Notes: a model not told the origin generated them from the letters alone. DNA of 32,000 nt from Candidatus Saccharimonadota bacterium (GCA_001029695.1 CP011211.1:60001-92000), one strand, 5' to 3'. Positions 16,605-25,505 are shown, numbered from the stretch's first letter. Numbers and translations: made by a program.

Positions 16605-17048
16605 GTGTCTGATAAATCAGAAGCGTTGCGCCATTACAGAGGATCTTGGAGGATATTTCATGATTGGAGAAAGACTTGCTTTGCTGTGTATCAAACAAAA
16701 ATCGAAGAATGGGAAGCCTGCGCATACGATGCACTAGCACGGAATAGCGGACCTTCACAAGATTGGCTACAGGAAGCCATTCGGGTGGGCTATTTTAGTC
16801 AGTGGATGCCCCAGGTATTGTACCTCGTTTGGCCTGAGGAGGACGAAATCTTCTTTCGTAGCCTCACGTGTATCCATGACGCAGAGCATATCGAGTCAAT
16901 TCTCACGTTTCATAAGTCACGGCTGGAGATCGACGAGAAGATCCACGGTGAGTTTCGTAGAGTCGCACGTGCGATTGATGACGGTGACTACACAGCGACT
17001 GTTTCTCTTGCGCTCATGAAGACTGACACGCTCAGTGTGAGAATCTAG
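16605..17048 (+). CDS. hypothetical ~150-aa protein, tandem cassette member 2 (alternative start ATG 16539)
   Basis: GTG 16605 is preceded by SD GGAGGA (16595-16600), parallel to members 1 and 3. The longer ORF from 16539 would include the conserved leader element. C-terminal motif is GEFRRVARAIDDGDYTATVSLAL. Confidence 0.55.
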   Translation: MSDKSEALRHYRGSWRIFHDWRKTCFAVYQTKIEEWEACAYDALARNSGPSQDWLQEAIRVGYFSQWMPQVLYLVWPEEDEIFFRSLTCIHDAEHIESILTFHKSRLEIDEKIHGEFRRVARAIDDGDYTATVSLALMKTDTLSVRI

Positions 17049-17056
17049 TCTGACCA

Positions 17057-17110
17057 CCTCGTGCTTCTAGTGAATAGTATTTTACTAGAAGCACGAGGTT
17101 TTTTAATTTT
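17057..17110 (+). terminator. rho-independent terminator (15-bp perfect stem)
   Basis: CCTCGTGCTTCTAGT (17057-17071) pairs with ACTAGAAGCACGAGG (17084-17098). It is followed by TTTTTTAATTTTT. Confidence 0.85.
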
Positions 17111-17128
17111 TGTTATATTAAGTATTTA

Positions 17129-17166
17129 TGGTATAATATACATTAACCAGAGACACGCTCTTTGGA
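17129..17166 (+). promoter_or_regulatory. cassette 3 promoter (extended -10 TGgTATAAT) plus conserved leader element GCTCTTTGGA
   Basis: TGgTATAAT is at 17129-17137. GCTCTTTGGA at 17157-17166 starts 19 nt after the -10 box. An AGAG-acacg-CTCT hairpin is present. The sequence TATAATATACATTAACCAG aligns with cassette 2 TATAATATACTTTAACCAA. Confidence 0.5.
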
Positions 17167-17214
17167 AGCCCTTACTCAATGCCTATTGGTCACCGGTTGA
17201 AACAGGAGATTGCT

Positions 17215-17673
17215 ATGACATGTATGGAATCGATCGATGAGTTAATCTATCGTCTCGAACGTTTACTCGAAGTGTTCCATGAAAAAGCCCGTATGTCGTA
17301 TAGTTTGTTAGCTTCGCAATGCGAGGCATCGCATAAGCTACGAACGGCATGCAATTTTCGGCAATATGCGCATATGAAAGCTGAGTTGAAGGAAGATTCA
17401 TCTCAATGCTGCAGTTTGTTCCTTCAAGTGGTCGAATCATTTGGTTCGCCGTTTGATGTTGTATTGGATGAGCGGATCGATGCGCTGGATATATCATCAC
17501 AGATTCGTATGGATCTTGATGTACTGCGATCCACTAACGATGAATACATGAAGACAGTAGCACTGTATCGTGATGCGATCCGTAACGCTAATCTTGATGT
17601 TGCTTTCGGCAATGATGTTACTCCTAGGTGTGATCTCTCGAAGAGGATAGCATTTCTTGGAATGTTGACGTAA
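17215..17673 (+). CDS. hypothetical ~150-aa protein, tandem cassette member 3 (alternative start 17179)
   Basis: SD AGGAG lies 6 nt upstream of ATG 17215. No signal peptide or TM segment. C-terminal motif is DEYMKTVALYRDAIRNANLDVAF. Confidence 0.6.
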   Translation: MTCMESIDELIYRLERLLEVFHEKARMSYSLLASQCEASHKLRTACNFRQYAHMKAELKEDSSQCCSLFLQVVESFGSPFDVVLDERIDALDISSQIRMDLDVLRSTNDEYMKTVALYRDAIRNANLDVAFGNDVTPRCDLSKRIAFLGMLT

Positions 17674-17701
17674 GACAGCGCTTCCCCGCCCCTACTAGCA
17701 A

Positions 17702-17735
17702 ATACCCCGCTAGAGGAGCGGGGTATTTTATTTAT
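17702..17735 (+). terminator. rho-independent terminator
   Basis: ATACCCCGCT pairs with AGCGGGGTAT across loop AGAGG. It is followed by TTTATTTAT. Confidence 0.75.
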
Positions 17736-17747
17736 CGATGCACTTTT

Positions 17748-18176
17748 CTACTTCTTGATCTCTACTTTGAATGATTCTAGTGGTTCATCGATAGGAGTAC
17801 GGTGCGCAACCTCCTGGTCGATTTTATACTGAATGTAGTTGACAAGGCTGGCAAATGCCCATGCAAGGAGAAGATACATCACAACGGCAAAAAGTGCAGC
17901 AACGTCGAGGTAGCCGGTTTCGCCAATAGTACGCGGCGGGAAAATACCACGAAATGGTGCAAGATAGTCCGCTGATGTACGGTAGACAAATTCAACAAAC
18001 GGCGTGGCGACATTTGCTGAGAACATAAGAAGAACAACTCGGATAGTGAGCAGAACGATGCCGATAAATACCCACGCATACATGATGTAAGCGATGATTT
18101 TACTGACGCGAAGATAGCTTGGAATTTCAATAGTATCTGTTTTAACATTTGCAGCTTGCTGTCTAGTGTTTTTCAT
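17748..18176 (-). CDS. YggT-like integral membrane protein
   Basis: Two TM segments. The block YLAPFRGIFPPRTIGETGYLDVAALFAVVMYLLL resembles the YggT signature (P.R..P..G.D.S). SD AAAGGAG is present. Confidence 0.5.
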   Translation of the reverse strand: MKNTRQQAANVKTDTIEIPSYLRVSKIIAYIMYAWVFIGIVLLTIRVVLLMFSANVATPFVEFVYRTSADYLAPFRGIFPPRTIGETGYLDVAALFAVVMYLLLAWAFASLVNYIQYKIDQEVAHRTPIDEPLESFKVEIKK

Positions 18177-18252
18177 AGATCACTCCTTTTGGATTGGTAT
18201 GAGCCTAGTATAGCACCTGAGTGGCTGTCGTCGGTACTGCTATACTATAGCT

Positions 18253-18921
18253 ATGCTTGATCATCATATTCAACGAACTATTGTCTATACGCTCGCTTTT
18301 GCTGAGAGTATGCGTTTTGGGGAGCTGAAGCCCGATGAACTCGATAATAAACTATTCAATTATCATCTCAAAAAAGTAATCGCAGCTGGTTATGTCGCTA
18401 AAAATGACGAAGGTCTCTATACGTTAACGTCGGAGGGCAAGCGTGTTGGCAAAGGTGCGCTCAAGAAGCAGAGTCGACTTATCGATCGCGCCTACTCTAT
18501 CTTGCTTTTGTGCATACGTCGCGAATCGGATGGTGCGTGGCTACTTGTGCGTCGTCGTACGCAGCCGCTACTTGGGTTGAAAGGGTTTATGCAGGCCCAG
18601 CCGGCGAAAGACAGGGATGTCGTGCAGACGGCCGCAGACGTATGCTTGGAGCAGACTGGACTTACCGGTACGTTCGTAGTGCATGGCCACGGGTATTTCC
18701 GAATCTACCGCGGTGGTGAACTCGAAAGCTTCATTCATTTTACGCTGCTGACCTGCACTGAAATTCAGGGAGAGTTGACCCAAAGCACTGAACAAGCGGA
18801 ATACTACTGGGATACGGATCCCGATTTTGCGGCACCGGATATGCTACCGAACATGCAAACACTTCACAAAATGTCGCAAGCTCCCGCGGGGTCGTTTGTT
18901 GAGCGAACGTTCGAAATTTAG
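18253..18921 (+). CDS. winged-HTH domain fused to a Nudix-fold domain with degenerate Nudix box (putative ligand-sensing regulator)
   Basis: The N-terminal wHTH-like region is RFGELKPDELDNKLFNYHLKKVIAAGYVAKNDEGLYTLTSEGKRV. The Nudix-like core is AWLLVRRRTQPLLGLKGFMQAQPAKDRDVVQTAADVCLEQTGL, where the REx2EE glutamates are mostly replaced. Extended -10 TGcTATACT lies 6 nt before the ATG. GC is elevated. Confidence 0.5.
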   Translation: MLDHHIQRTIVYTLAFAESMRFGELKPDELDNKLFNYHLKKVIAAGYVAKNDEGLYTLTSEGKRVGKGALKKQSRLIDRAYSILLLCIRRESDGAWLLVRRRTQPLLGLKGFMQAQPAKDRDVVQTAADVCLEQTGLTGTFVVHGHGYFRIYRGGELESFIHFTLLTCTEIQGELTQSTEQAEYYWDTDPDFAAPDMLPNMQTLHKMSQAPAGSFVERTFEI

Positions 18922-19026
18922 TTTGGGTCATCTTTTTCTCCTTTGTCTTATGTATATCCTTAGTATGCTCGAGCTGGCGAAAGTATACAGTGAAGACTTT
19001 TTCACTAGATTATATGAGAAGCTACA

Positions 19027-19779
19027 CTACGCTGCGCCGCGATATTCTTCTTGAGCTTGAACGAGTGCATTGTATGCTTGGTTGGTTGATGGTGCATTTT
19101 TGCGCCATGTAGTCGAGAGCGGGCTATCTGGATCGATAAGTTGTGCTGTGGAGGCGTACGTATCTCCGCGTGGCGCACGTGACTGTTCGAGAGTGTCGAG
19201 CGCGGTTAGGCGAGCAACGTATTGGATATCATATGCACTCATACCCCGTGGTGCATCAGCGAGTGGAAGACATGCAAGATTGATTGCGACATTGCCAACT
19301 TGCCGACCGAGCTGCTGCGATAGTCGGTCAGTCCTGCGGTTGTAACTATGTGCATTTGTCAGTGCTTCTGCAAGTTCTACTGCCCGAACGAGCCCCGACT
19401 GCGTCTTGGTGAGAAGGCCTGATTTTGTCTCGCGCCACTCTGCATCGTCATCGGCGAGCACGGCGAGGTCGAGGCGCCGACGCATAACATCAGGTGCACT
19501 GCGCGCATAGGTGTACCAGCTGCTGTTGAGAAGGCTGTGAGCCGTTTCTCTATAGGCAAAATCGCGGTCAGCTGGATTGTCGAATGGATAGCTAATGATA
19601 TCTTGCGCAATACGTAGTCCGTCTCGTTGCTGTTCGAGAAGGACGGTGCCACTTGGCAGTGAGTGACGACGTTCGGCTTCGGTGGCGTCGCGTGTCAGGG
19701 GTGGTATATAGTGACCTTCCTCTGGTAAGTTGATGACAGGGAGATCGAAGTTTTTGTAGGGTGTAATAGTTTCTTTCAT
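19027..19779 (-). CDS. hypothetical Arg/Ala-rich protein, high GC (track start 19830 unlikely)
   Basis: The ORF reads MKETITPYKNFDLPVINLPEEGHY... CATAGT (19792-19787) lies 7 nt upstream of ATG 19779. Sampled lines are 58-65% GC. No family recognised. Confidence 0.55.
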   Translation of the reverse strand: MKETITPYKNFDLPVINLPEEGHYIPPLTRDATEAERRHSLPSGTVLLEQQRDGLRIAQDIISYPFDNPADRDFAYRETAHSLLNSSWYTYARSAPDVMRRRLDLAVLADDDAEWRETKSGLLTKTQSGLVRAVELAEALTNAHSYNRRTDRLSQQLGRQVGNVAINLACLPLADAPRGMSAYDIQYVARLTALDTLEQSRAPRGDTYASTAQLIDPDSPLSTTWRKNAPSTNQAYNALVQAQEEYRGAA

Positions 19780-19862
19780 ACTACTTACTATGAGCCGATA
19801 TGTAGCTGTTTGCAGTGAATACTTTTTCACTACGAAAGGAGCTTGTCGACTATAATAGATAC

Positions 19863-22172
19863 ATGACTGATCTTCTCGACATATTACGTAGAAACTTTAT
19901 TACTCCAATTGTTATCGCAATTCTATCGCTCGCATTGATACTCCTGATTCTTGGTGAAGGTCGAGATGCATGGTTTATATCGGTAGTTATCGTGCTCAAT
20001 ACTGTTTTTGCCGTCGTCCAGGAGATTCGCGCGCAACGAGCATTGAAGAAACTGGAGCTTATGAGTGCGCCTCGAGCACGTAAGCAGCTTGAAGATGGAA
20101 CTTTTGTTGAAGTGATGTACGATCAGCTTATTGCGGGTGACGTGATTCAACTACAGTCTGGTGATGAGATACCAGCAGATGCGACACTTGAAGCTAGTCA
20201 CGGACTCGAAGTGGATGAAAGTATGCTTACTGGTGAGTCAGCTGCTGTCGAGAAGCACGTAAAAGATACGGTCTTTGCAGCGAGTGCAGTCGTAGCTGGA
20301 ACTGCGCGTGCAGTAGTGATAGCGGTTGGAACCGATAGTAAAGCTGGTGTAATGACTGCGCAGCTCAAGCGCTACAAACCAGAGCTTACTCCCCTCCAGC
20401 GAAATATCAATCTCGCGATCACGATCCTTACCTATGGCGCTCTTGGCTTGGCGCTATTGATAGGTATCGCCTACTCACTTATGGGTGAAGATCTAGTGCG
20501 AACATTTAAGGCAATCACTGCGGGTGCTACGACGGTCATACCGGAAGGTCTTTTGCTTGCGAGTACACTTTTGCTTGCCTTTGGCTCGCTCAAATTAGCT
20601 GCCGCTAAAGTACTGCCGCAGAAGCTTTCAGCTATCGAAGCGATGGCGCTTTTAAACGTACTGTGCGTCGACAAGACGGGTACGCTGACAAGTCCTGATG
20701 TGAAGTTTGAGCGCTTTGTATGGTTTGGTGAGGAGGATCAAGATACCCTACCTCTCGTAGGTATCGTGGCGCGCGAGACGAGTGCAGGAAACTCGACCGG
20801 TGATGCGTTGATTGCTGCATTGCCTCAAGAAGATGAGTATGACGCAAAAGAGATTCTTGCATTTAGTTCACAACGAAAGCTGAGTGGCGTGCGAGTAAAA
20901 TATAGAGGATCTATACAGACGGTTTTGATGGGCGCACCAGAGTTTCTTGGTAAACTTGCTTCGCTGACCCATGCGCAAAAAAAGCAGGTACAAGAGCTCG
21001 CAGCGAGCGGCAACCGAATTTTGCTCGTGGCCTCATTTGATGATCATAAGACGAAGTTGAAGGAGCTTGCGGATAAGTCTGGTACTGTATTGGGACTTTT
21101 GGTACTGAGTAATGAGCTGCGTGATGGCGTCGTGGAGACAGTAAAATACCTGCAAGGTCAGGGCGTAAGCATGCGAGTAATTAGTGGTGATAACCCAGCG
21201 ACGGTGAGCTATGTGGCGACGCGAGCGGGAATCGAAAATCCTGGCAAAATAATAACAGGAGCCGAACTTGAGGCATTGCCAGAGGATAAGTGGGCGTCTA
21301 CCGTTAGAGATACGACTATATTTGCGCGTGTACTCCCTGAGCAAAAAGAGAGATTAATTGCGACATTTAAGAAACAGCATAAGTTTACAGGTATGGTCGG
21401 TGATGGCGTCAATGATGCACTTGCCTTAAAAAAAGCAGATCTTGGCGTAGCCATGTATGCTGGTGCAGCAGCTAGTCGACGCGTAGCTGACATAGTGCTT
21501 CTCAATAATTCATTCACCTCATTGCCAATGGGCATGAAGCTTGGTAATCGAATTATGCAGGCTATTGAAGTGATATCGATCCTCTTCTTTCATAAAATTA
21601 TTTATGGAGTGGTGCTTTTGGTGGCGACACTTGCTGTCGGGCTCACCTATCCGTTCGAGCCTCGGCATGTGACGTTTATGAATATGTTCCTCGTAACGAT
21701 GCCGACGATTATGTGGACGTTGTTTCCTCCATCCCCGAATCATCGTATCAACCCACGTAAATTCTGGCAGGACACACTTCGTCCGGTGGCACCGATTGCA
21801 ATACTGTCGGGTCTTGGTGTTGCGTTTATCTACTCATATCTTCTTTTGCAGCACCCTGGTGATCGTGCGGGTGTCGCCACGACGACAGTGATCGTCGCGA
21901 CGTTCTTTGGAGTGTATTTGGTGTTCCTCGCTTCTCGTATACTCAACGTTACATATGACCGAACGGCTAAATTGGCTCGAATACTCTACCTTCTCGCCGT
22001 TATCTTTGTGGCGAGTGTTAGTCTTGGGTTTGGTTTTTCGCGCGATTTCTTCGACTTTACGAGCCCGAACTGGCAGAATAGTTGGCCAGCACTTCTACTC
22101 ATCGCGAATATAGTAGCAATTCAGTGGTGGCTCGCTCAGCGAGCATCGAAAAAGCTCAAGAAGCGAATATAG
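19863..22172 (+). CDS. P-type cation-transporting ATPase (type II-like, short N-terminus)
   Basis: Motifs TGESAAVEK, phosphorylation site CVDKTGTLT, VISGDNP and GDGVNDALALKKADLG, plus about 10 TM segments. TATAAT (19851-19856) lies 6 nt before ATG 19863, so the track GTG 19815 is unlikely. Confidence 0.9.
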   Translation: MTDLLDILRRNFITPIVIAILSLALILLILGEGRDAWFISVVIVLNTVFAVVQEIRAQRALKKLELMSAPRARKQLEDGTFVEVMYDQLIAGDVIQLQSGDEIPADATLEASHGLEVDESMLTGESAAVEKHVKDTVFAASAVVAGTARAVVIAVGTDSKAGVMTAQLKRYKPELTPLQRNINLAITILTYGALGLALLIGIAYSLMGEDLVRTFKAITAGATTVIPEGLLLASTLLLAFGSLKLAAAKVLPQKLSAIEAMALLNVLCVDKTGTLTSPDVKFERFVWFGEEDQDTLPLVGIVARETSAGNSTGDALIAALPQEDEYDAKEILAFSSQRKLSGVRVKYRGSIQTVLMGAPEFLGKLASLTHAQKKQVQELAASGNRILLVASFDDHKTKLKELADKSGTVLGLLVLSNELRDGVVETVKYLQGQGVSMRVISGDNPATVSYVATRAGIENPGKIITGAELEALPEDKWASTVRDTTIFARVLPEQKERLIATFKKQHKFTGMVGDGVNDALALKKADLGVAMYAGAAASRRVADIVLLNNSFTSLPMGMKLGNRIMQAIEVISILFFHKIIYGVVLLVATLAVGLTYPFEPRHVTFMNMFLVTMPTIMWTLFPPSPNHRINPRKFWQDTLRPVAPIAILSGLGVAFIYSYLLLQHPGDRAGVATTTVIVATFFGVYLVFLASRILNVTYDRTAKLARILYLLAVIFVASVSLGFGFSRDFFDFTSPNWQNSWPALLLIANIVAIQWWLAQRASKKLKKRI

Positions 22173-22191
22173 CTTACCCTGCTACACCGAT

Positions 22192-24723
22192 TTACTGTAC
22201 GGCGATAGTTCGACGAAGGTGGTAACGTCCGACAAGTTTGTGTGATTCAACAATGATGATTGGGACGATAAATGCAATCACTCCTGTGAGCATAAGGTCA
22301 CCGATGAGGACAGTATGTATATGAAGGAGGCTCTGAAGCGGTCCAAAGATGGCGAGCATTTGGAGTCCAACTGCAATTGCAAGCCCGGCATAAAATTTAC
22401 CATTCCACACACGGAGACGGCTAAACATAGACTCGTAATCGCTGCGAGCGTTAAAGGCGTTTGACCACTGCATAACTACGAGCGCACAGAATGCGATTGT
22501 GTTTGCGTACTCGTGGCCTTCGAGTGCATTGTAGTAAATGTACATACCGAGGACAGTAGCAGCCATACTGAGAGCGACAAGTATCATTCGCGTAATAATG
22601 TACTTACTGAGAATAGGCGCGTTTGGGCGTTTCGGCTTTTCGTCCATAATGTTTTTTTCGCCAGGCTCAAGGCCAAGTGGAATCACCATGGAGGTGTCGG
22701 TAACGAGGTTAATCCAAAGGATCTGTACAGGCATAAGCGGAAGTGGAATCCCGATGATTAATGCTCCCATCATAGTGAGTGCTTCACCTGCATTTGTTGC
22801 GAGTAAGTAGTATAGCATGCGTCGCACATTTGTAATGATAGTACGACCTTCTCGCATAGCATCGATAATTGACTTGAAGTTGTCGTCTAGGAGAATTATG
22901 TCGCCGGCGTCTTTTGCGATTTGAGAGCCACTCCCCATTGCTACTCCCACGTGTGCATTGGCGAGCGCAGGGACATCGTTGACTCCATCTCCAGTCATTG
23001 CTGTGATGTTATGTTTTTTGAGAATTTCAAGGATACGATATTTGTGTTCTGGGATAACGCGAGAGAATACCCGAACGTCCTTTATTGCATCGCCAAGTTC
23101 TTTATCACTCATGACAGCCATACGACGGCTATCGAAAACCTGCGATCGATGAGATACCATGCCAAGCTGGCGAGCGATATGATACGCAGTTTCAAGGTGA
23201 TCTCCAGTGATCATTCGTACGGTTACTCCGGCGTGAAGTGCGGCAGCAATTGCTTTTTTTGCCTCTGGACGAAGAACATCAGCGACGGCGATGAAGCCAA
23301 CAAAGGTAAAGATAGTCTTTTTCGGTAGATCTTCGAAGCGTTCGATCGGCTTCTGGATTTCAGCTTCAGCAAACGCAATGACGCGGTAGCCCTGGGAGGT
23401 CAGTTTATGAAGTGCTGCGGTTGCCTCTTCGCGCTCAGACTCGGTAAGGTTACTGTGATGAAGGATCTGCTCAGGCGCACCTTTAATTGCAACACTCAAG
23501 CCGTCTCCTTGCTTCCAGACATTCCCGCTCATTGCCATGGCTTGGTCAAACGGTAAGCTTGCTACTTGATGGTGAGTAAGAGCTGGAAGCTTATGGTCGG
23601 TGACATACTCGATCAGCGCAGAGTCGAGAGGGTCATGTGTCTTATGACTACCTTGATTAATAGTTTTTTGTACGTGAAGCGCAATGTCGTCACTACTACT
23701 TGCGGGCTGCCATGTTTCTTGAGCGGTTAGTTTGTTTTTTGTGAGCGTGCCCGTCTTGTCTGTAGCAATTGTCGTGAGGGCACCTACGGTCTCGATAGCA
23801 CGCATATTACGCACAAGCGCTTTTCGGGCTGCCATGCGCCTCATGCCGAGCACGAGCACGACTGAAATTGCCACAGGAAGACTTTCAGGTACAGCACTGA
23901 CGGATAGTGCCATGACAAACTTCAAGCTCTCAGCTATCTCCATGCCGCGGAGCATGGATAGCGCAAACGCGACAACCGCCATTGCACCTACGACGGCAAT
24001 AATTTGGCTTATCAATTTATCTATTTTCTTCTGGACAGGACTTTCAGTAACAGTAGTACCTGTCAGGGCTGCAAGCTGCCCGAACTGCGTATTGTTTCCT
24101 GTGTGGACAATGATAGCTTTTGCTTCACCCGAGACGACAAATGACCCTTGGAAGAGCATGTTGCTTTGTTCGTAGATCTCTTTCTCTCCTGTCAGAGCCT
24201 CGACCTGTTTTGAGATCGGCTGTGATTCACCCGTAAGGAGTGCCTCATCAGTGCGAACACTTTTAGCTTCTATTAGACGTGCATCGGCAGGGACTTTTTC
24301 GCCTTCACTGAGTGTGATGATATCTCCCGGGACGAGATCTTCTGACTGGACAGTGATGTTTTTTCCTTCACGAAGCGTCTCTACAAGCTGCGTCGAGTGT
24401 CTCTGGAGCGAACGAAGTATTCTCTCGGTTGAGAATCGCTGTACGTAGTAGATGACACCATTTGCGATCATGATCACTCCCACTATAACCGCATCAAGGA
24501 TGTCGCCATGAATGACACTGATGACGGCCGCTATGAAGAGGACAAGCATGAAGATATTTGCAAATGGTTCAATCAACTTCTTCCAAAGAGGCTCACCAGT
24601 AACCTTGATAACATTTGCACCATGGAGTCGGCGTCGTTCTTCTACCTCAATTGTCGAAAGCCCGTGTTCTGTTGCTGATAAGTCTTGGAGTGTTGCGTGA
24701 ACATTTTTGTTGTAATAAAGCAT
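22192..24723 (-). CDS. P-type cation-transporting ATPase (Ca2+/SERCA-PMCA-like type II)
   Basis: Motifs TGESQPISK, DKTGTLTKNKL, MITGDHLETA, TGDGVNDVPALANAHVG and PVQILWINLVTD. TACAAT (24736-24731) lies 7 nt upstream of ATG 24723 (MLYYNKNVHATLQDL...). Confidence 0.9.
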   Translation of the reverse strand: MLYYNKNVHATLQDLSATEHGLSTIEVEERRRLHGANVIKVTGEPLWKKLIEPFANIFMLVLFIAAVISVIHGDILDAVIVGVIMIANGVIYYVQRFSTERILRSLQRHSTQLVETLREGKNITVQSEDLVPGDIITLSEGEKVPADARLIEAKSVRTDEALLTGESQPISKQVEALTGEKEIYEQSNMLFQGSFVVSGEAKAIIVHTGNNTQFGQLAALTGTTVTESPVQKKIDKLISQIIAVVGAMAVVAFALSMLRGMEIAESLKFVMALSVSAVPESLPVAISVVLVLGMRRMAARKALVRNMRAIETVGALTTIATDKTGTLTKNKLTAQETWQPASSSDDIALHVQKTINQGSHKTHDPLDSALIEYVTDHKLPALTHHQVASLPFDQAMAMSGNVWKQGDGLSVAIKGAPEQILHHSNLTESEREEATAALHKLTSQGYRVIAFAEAEIQKPIERFEDLPKKTIFTFVGFIAVADVLRPEAKKAIAAALHAGVTVRMITGDHLETAYHIARQLGMVSHRSQVFDSRRMAVMSDKELGDAIKDVRVFSRVIPEHKYRILEILKKHNITAMTGDGVNDVPALANAHVGVAMGSGSQIAKDAGDIILLDDNFKSIIDAMREGRTIITNVRRMLYYLLATNAGEALTMMGALIIGIPLPLMPVQILWINLVTDTSMVIPLGLEPGEKNIMDEKPKRPNAPILSKYIITRMILVALSMAATVLGMYIYYNALEGHEYANTIAFCALVVMQWSNAFNARSDYESMFSRLRVWNGKFYAGLAIAVGLQMLAIFGPLQSLLHIHTVLIGDLMLTGVIAFIVPIIIVESHKLVGRYHLRRTIAVQ

Positions 24724-24790
24724 TAGTACTATTGTAACAAACCTCCTGATGATCAGCTGCATACTTAGCAGGTCTTTTAACTACGAAGAT

Positions 24791-24834
24791 ACACAAAAAT
24801 CACCTCGCGTTCGGGTGGGAAAACGCGAGGTGAT
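24791..24834 (-). terminator. rho-independent terminator downstream of the greA-like gene
   Basis: The 13-bp stem ATCACCTCGCGTT pairs with AACGCGAGGTGAT. A T-run follows on the minus strand (A-run 24791-24799 on plus). A second hairpin, GACGACG...CGTCGTC at 24842-24867, precedes it. Confidence 0.75.
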
Positions 24835-24876
24835 GAATGGAGACGACGCTACTGAAGTAACGTCGTCAGATGATCG

Positions 24877-25344
24877 CTAGGTGATCTTTACCAACTGGAG
24901 CTGGTTCGCTCGTATGCCATTGCCCCATTTGATAGTATCTTCAATTGTTTTACCAATAAGATTCTGCCCAAGTGGACTTTTTGCGCTGATTCGTCCGTCG
25001 CTAGGATTTGCTTCGATGCTGTCGACAATCGTATAGCGAACCATACGTCCTGTTGTATCAACAAGGTCAACAACTGAGCCGAGAGCAACCTTGAGAGCGT
25101 CTCGTTTACGAGGGAATGGTTGTGCGGAAGCGAGGTAGGCTTTTTTGTCTGCAAGTTCGCTTTCGATTGACTCTAATTGCGCAAGCTTTTCGATACGATC
25201 AAAGCGCTCTTCGTGTCCGTCGACCTTATCCATGTCACGAATCATATGTAGCGTTTGCTGTCGATCACGCTCAAGATGTGAGACATCTTTCTTTAATTCC
25301 TTCATGCCTTTTTTGCTTAAATAAATTGTTTCGGTGGTGTTCAT
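24877..25344 (-). CDS. greA: GreA/GreB-family transcript cleavage / elongation factor
   Basis: SD GGAGGAG lies 8 nt upstream of ATG 25344. There is an N-terminal coiled coil. The C-terminal domain has YTIVDSIEANPSDGRISAKSPLGQNLIGKTIED, typical of the Gre C-terminal domain. Confidence 0.8.
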   Translation of the reverse strand: MNTTETIYLSKKGMKELKKDVSHLERDRQQTLHMIRDMDKVDGHEERFDRIEKLAQLESIESELADKKAYLASAQPFPRKRDALKVALGSVVDLVDTTGRMVRYTIVDSIEANPSDGRISAKSPLGQNLIGKTIEDTIKWGNGIRANQLQLVKIT

Positions 25345-25505
25345 GATTGAATCTCCTCCATATTTTAGTTTCGATGTACTGATGTAGCGACTCGAGCTCA
25401 ATGTGGTGAATTGACGTCATCGATTTGCTACTGACCTCAGTATGCCTGATCTAGCTGAGAATCCTATGAAATATCTTACAGTGGTTAAAAAGTACAACAT
25501 TATAC

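Noticed and set aside
18740-18931. 63-aa minus-strand ORF with a near-ideal SD (AAGGAGAAAAAG-ATG), antisense to the 3' end of the wHTH-Nudix gene
   Set aside because: The SD is striking. However, the ORF lies entirely within and antisense to a better-supported gene. It has no recognisable fold or hydrophobic pattern, and I see no promoter. It is worth a look only if ribosome profiling data exist.
22513-24700. Several 62-147-aa plus-strand ORFs inside the 22192..24723 P-type ATPase gene
   Set aside because: They are fully nested antisense to a gene with unmistakable P-type ATPase motifs. They have no start context or recognisable domains.
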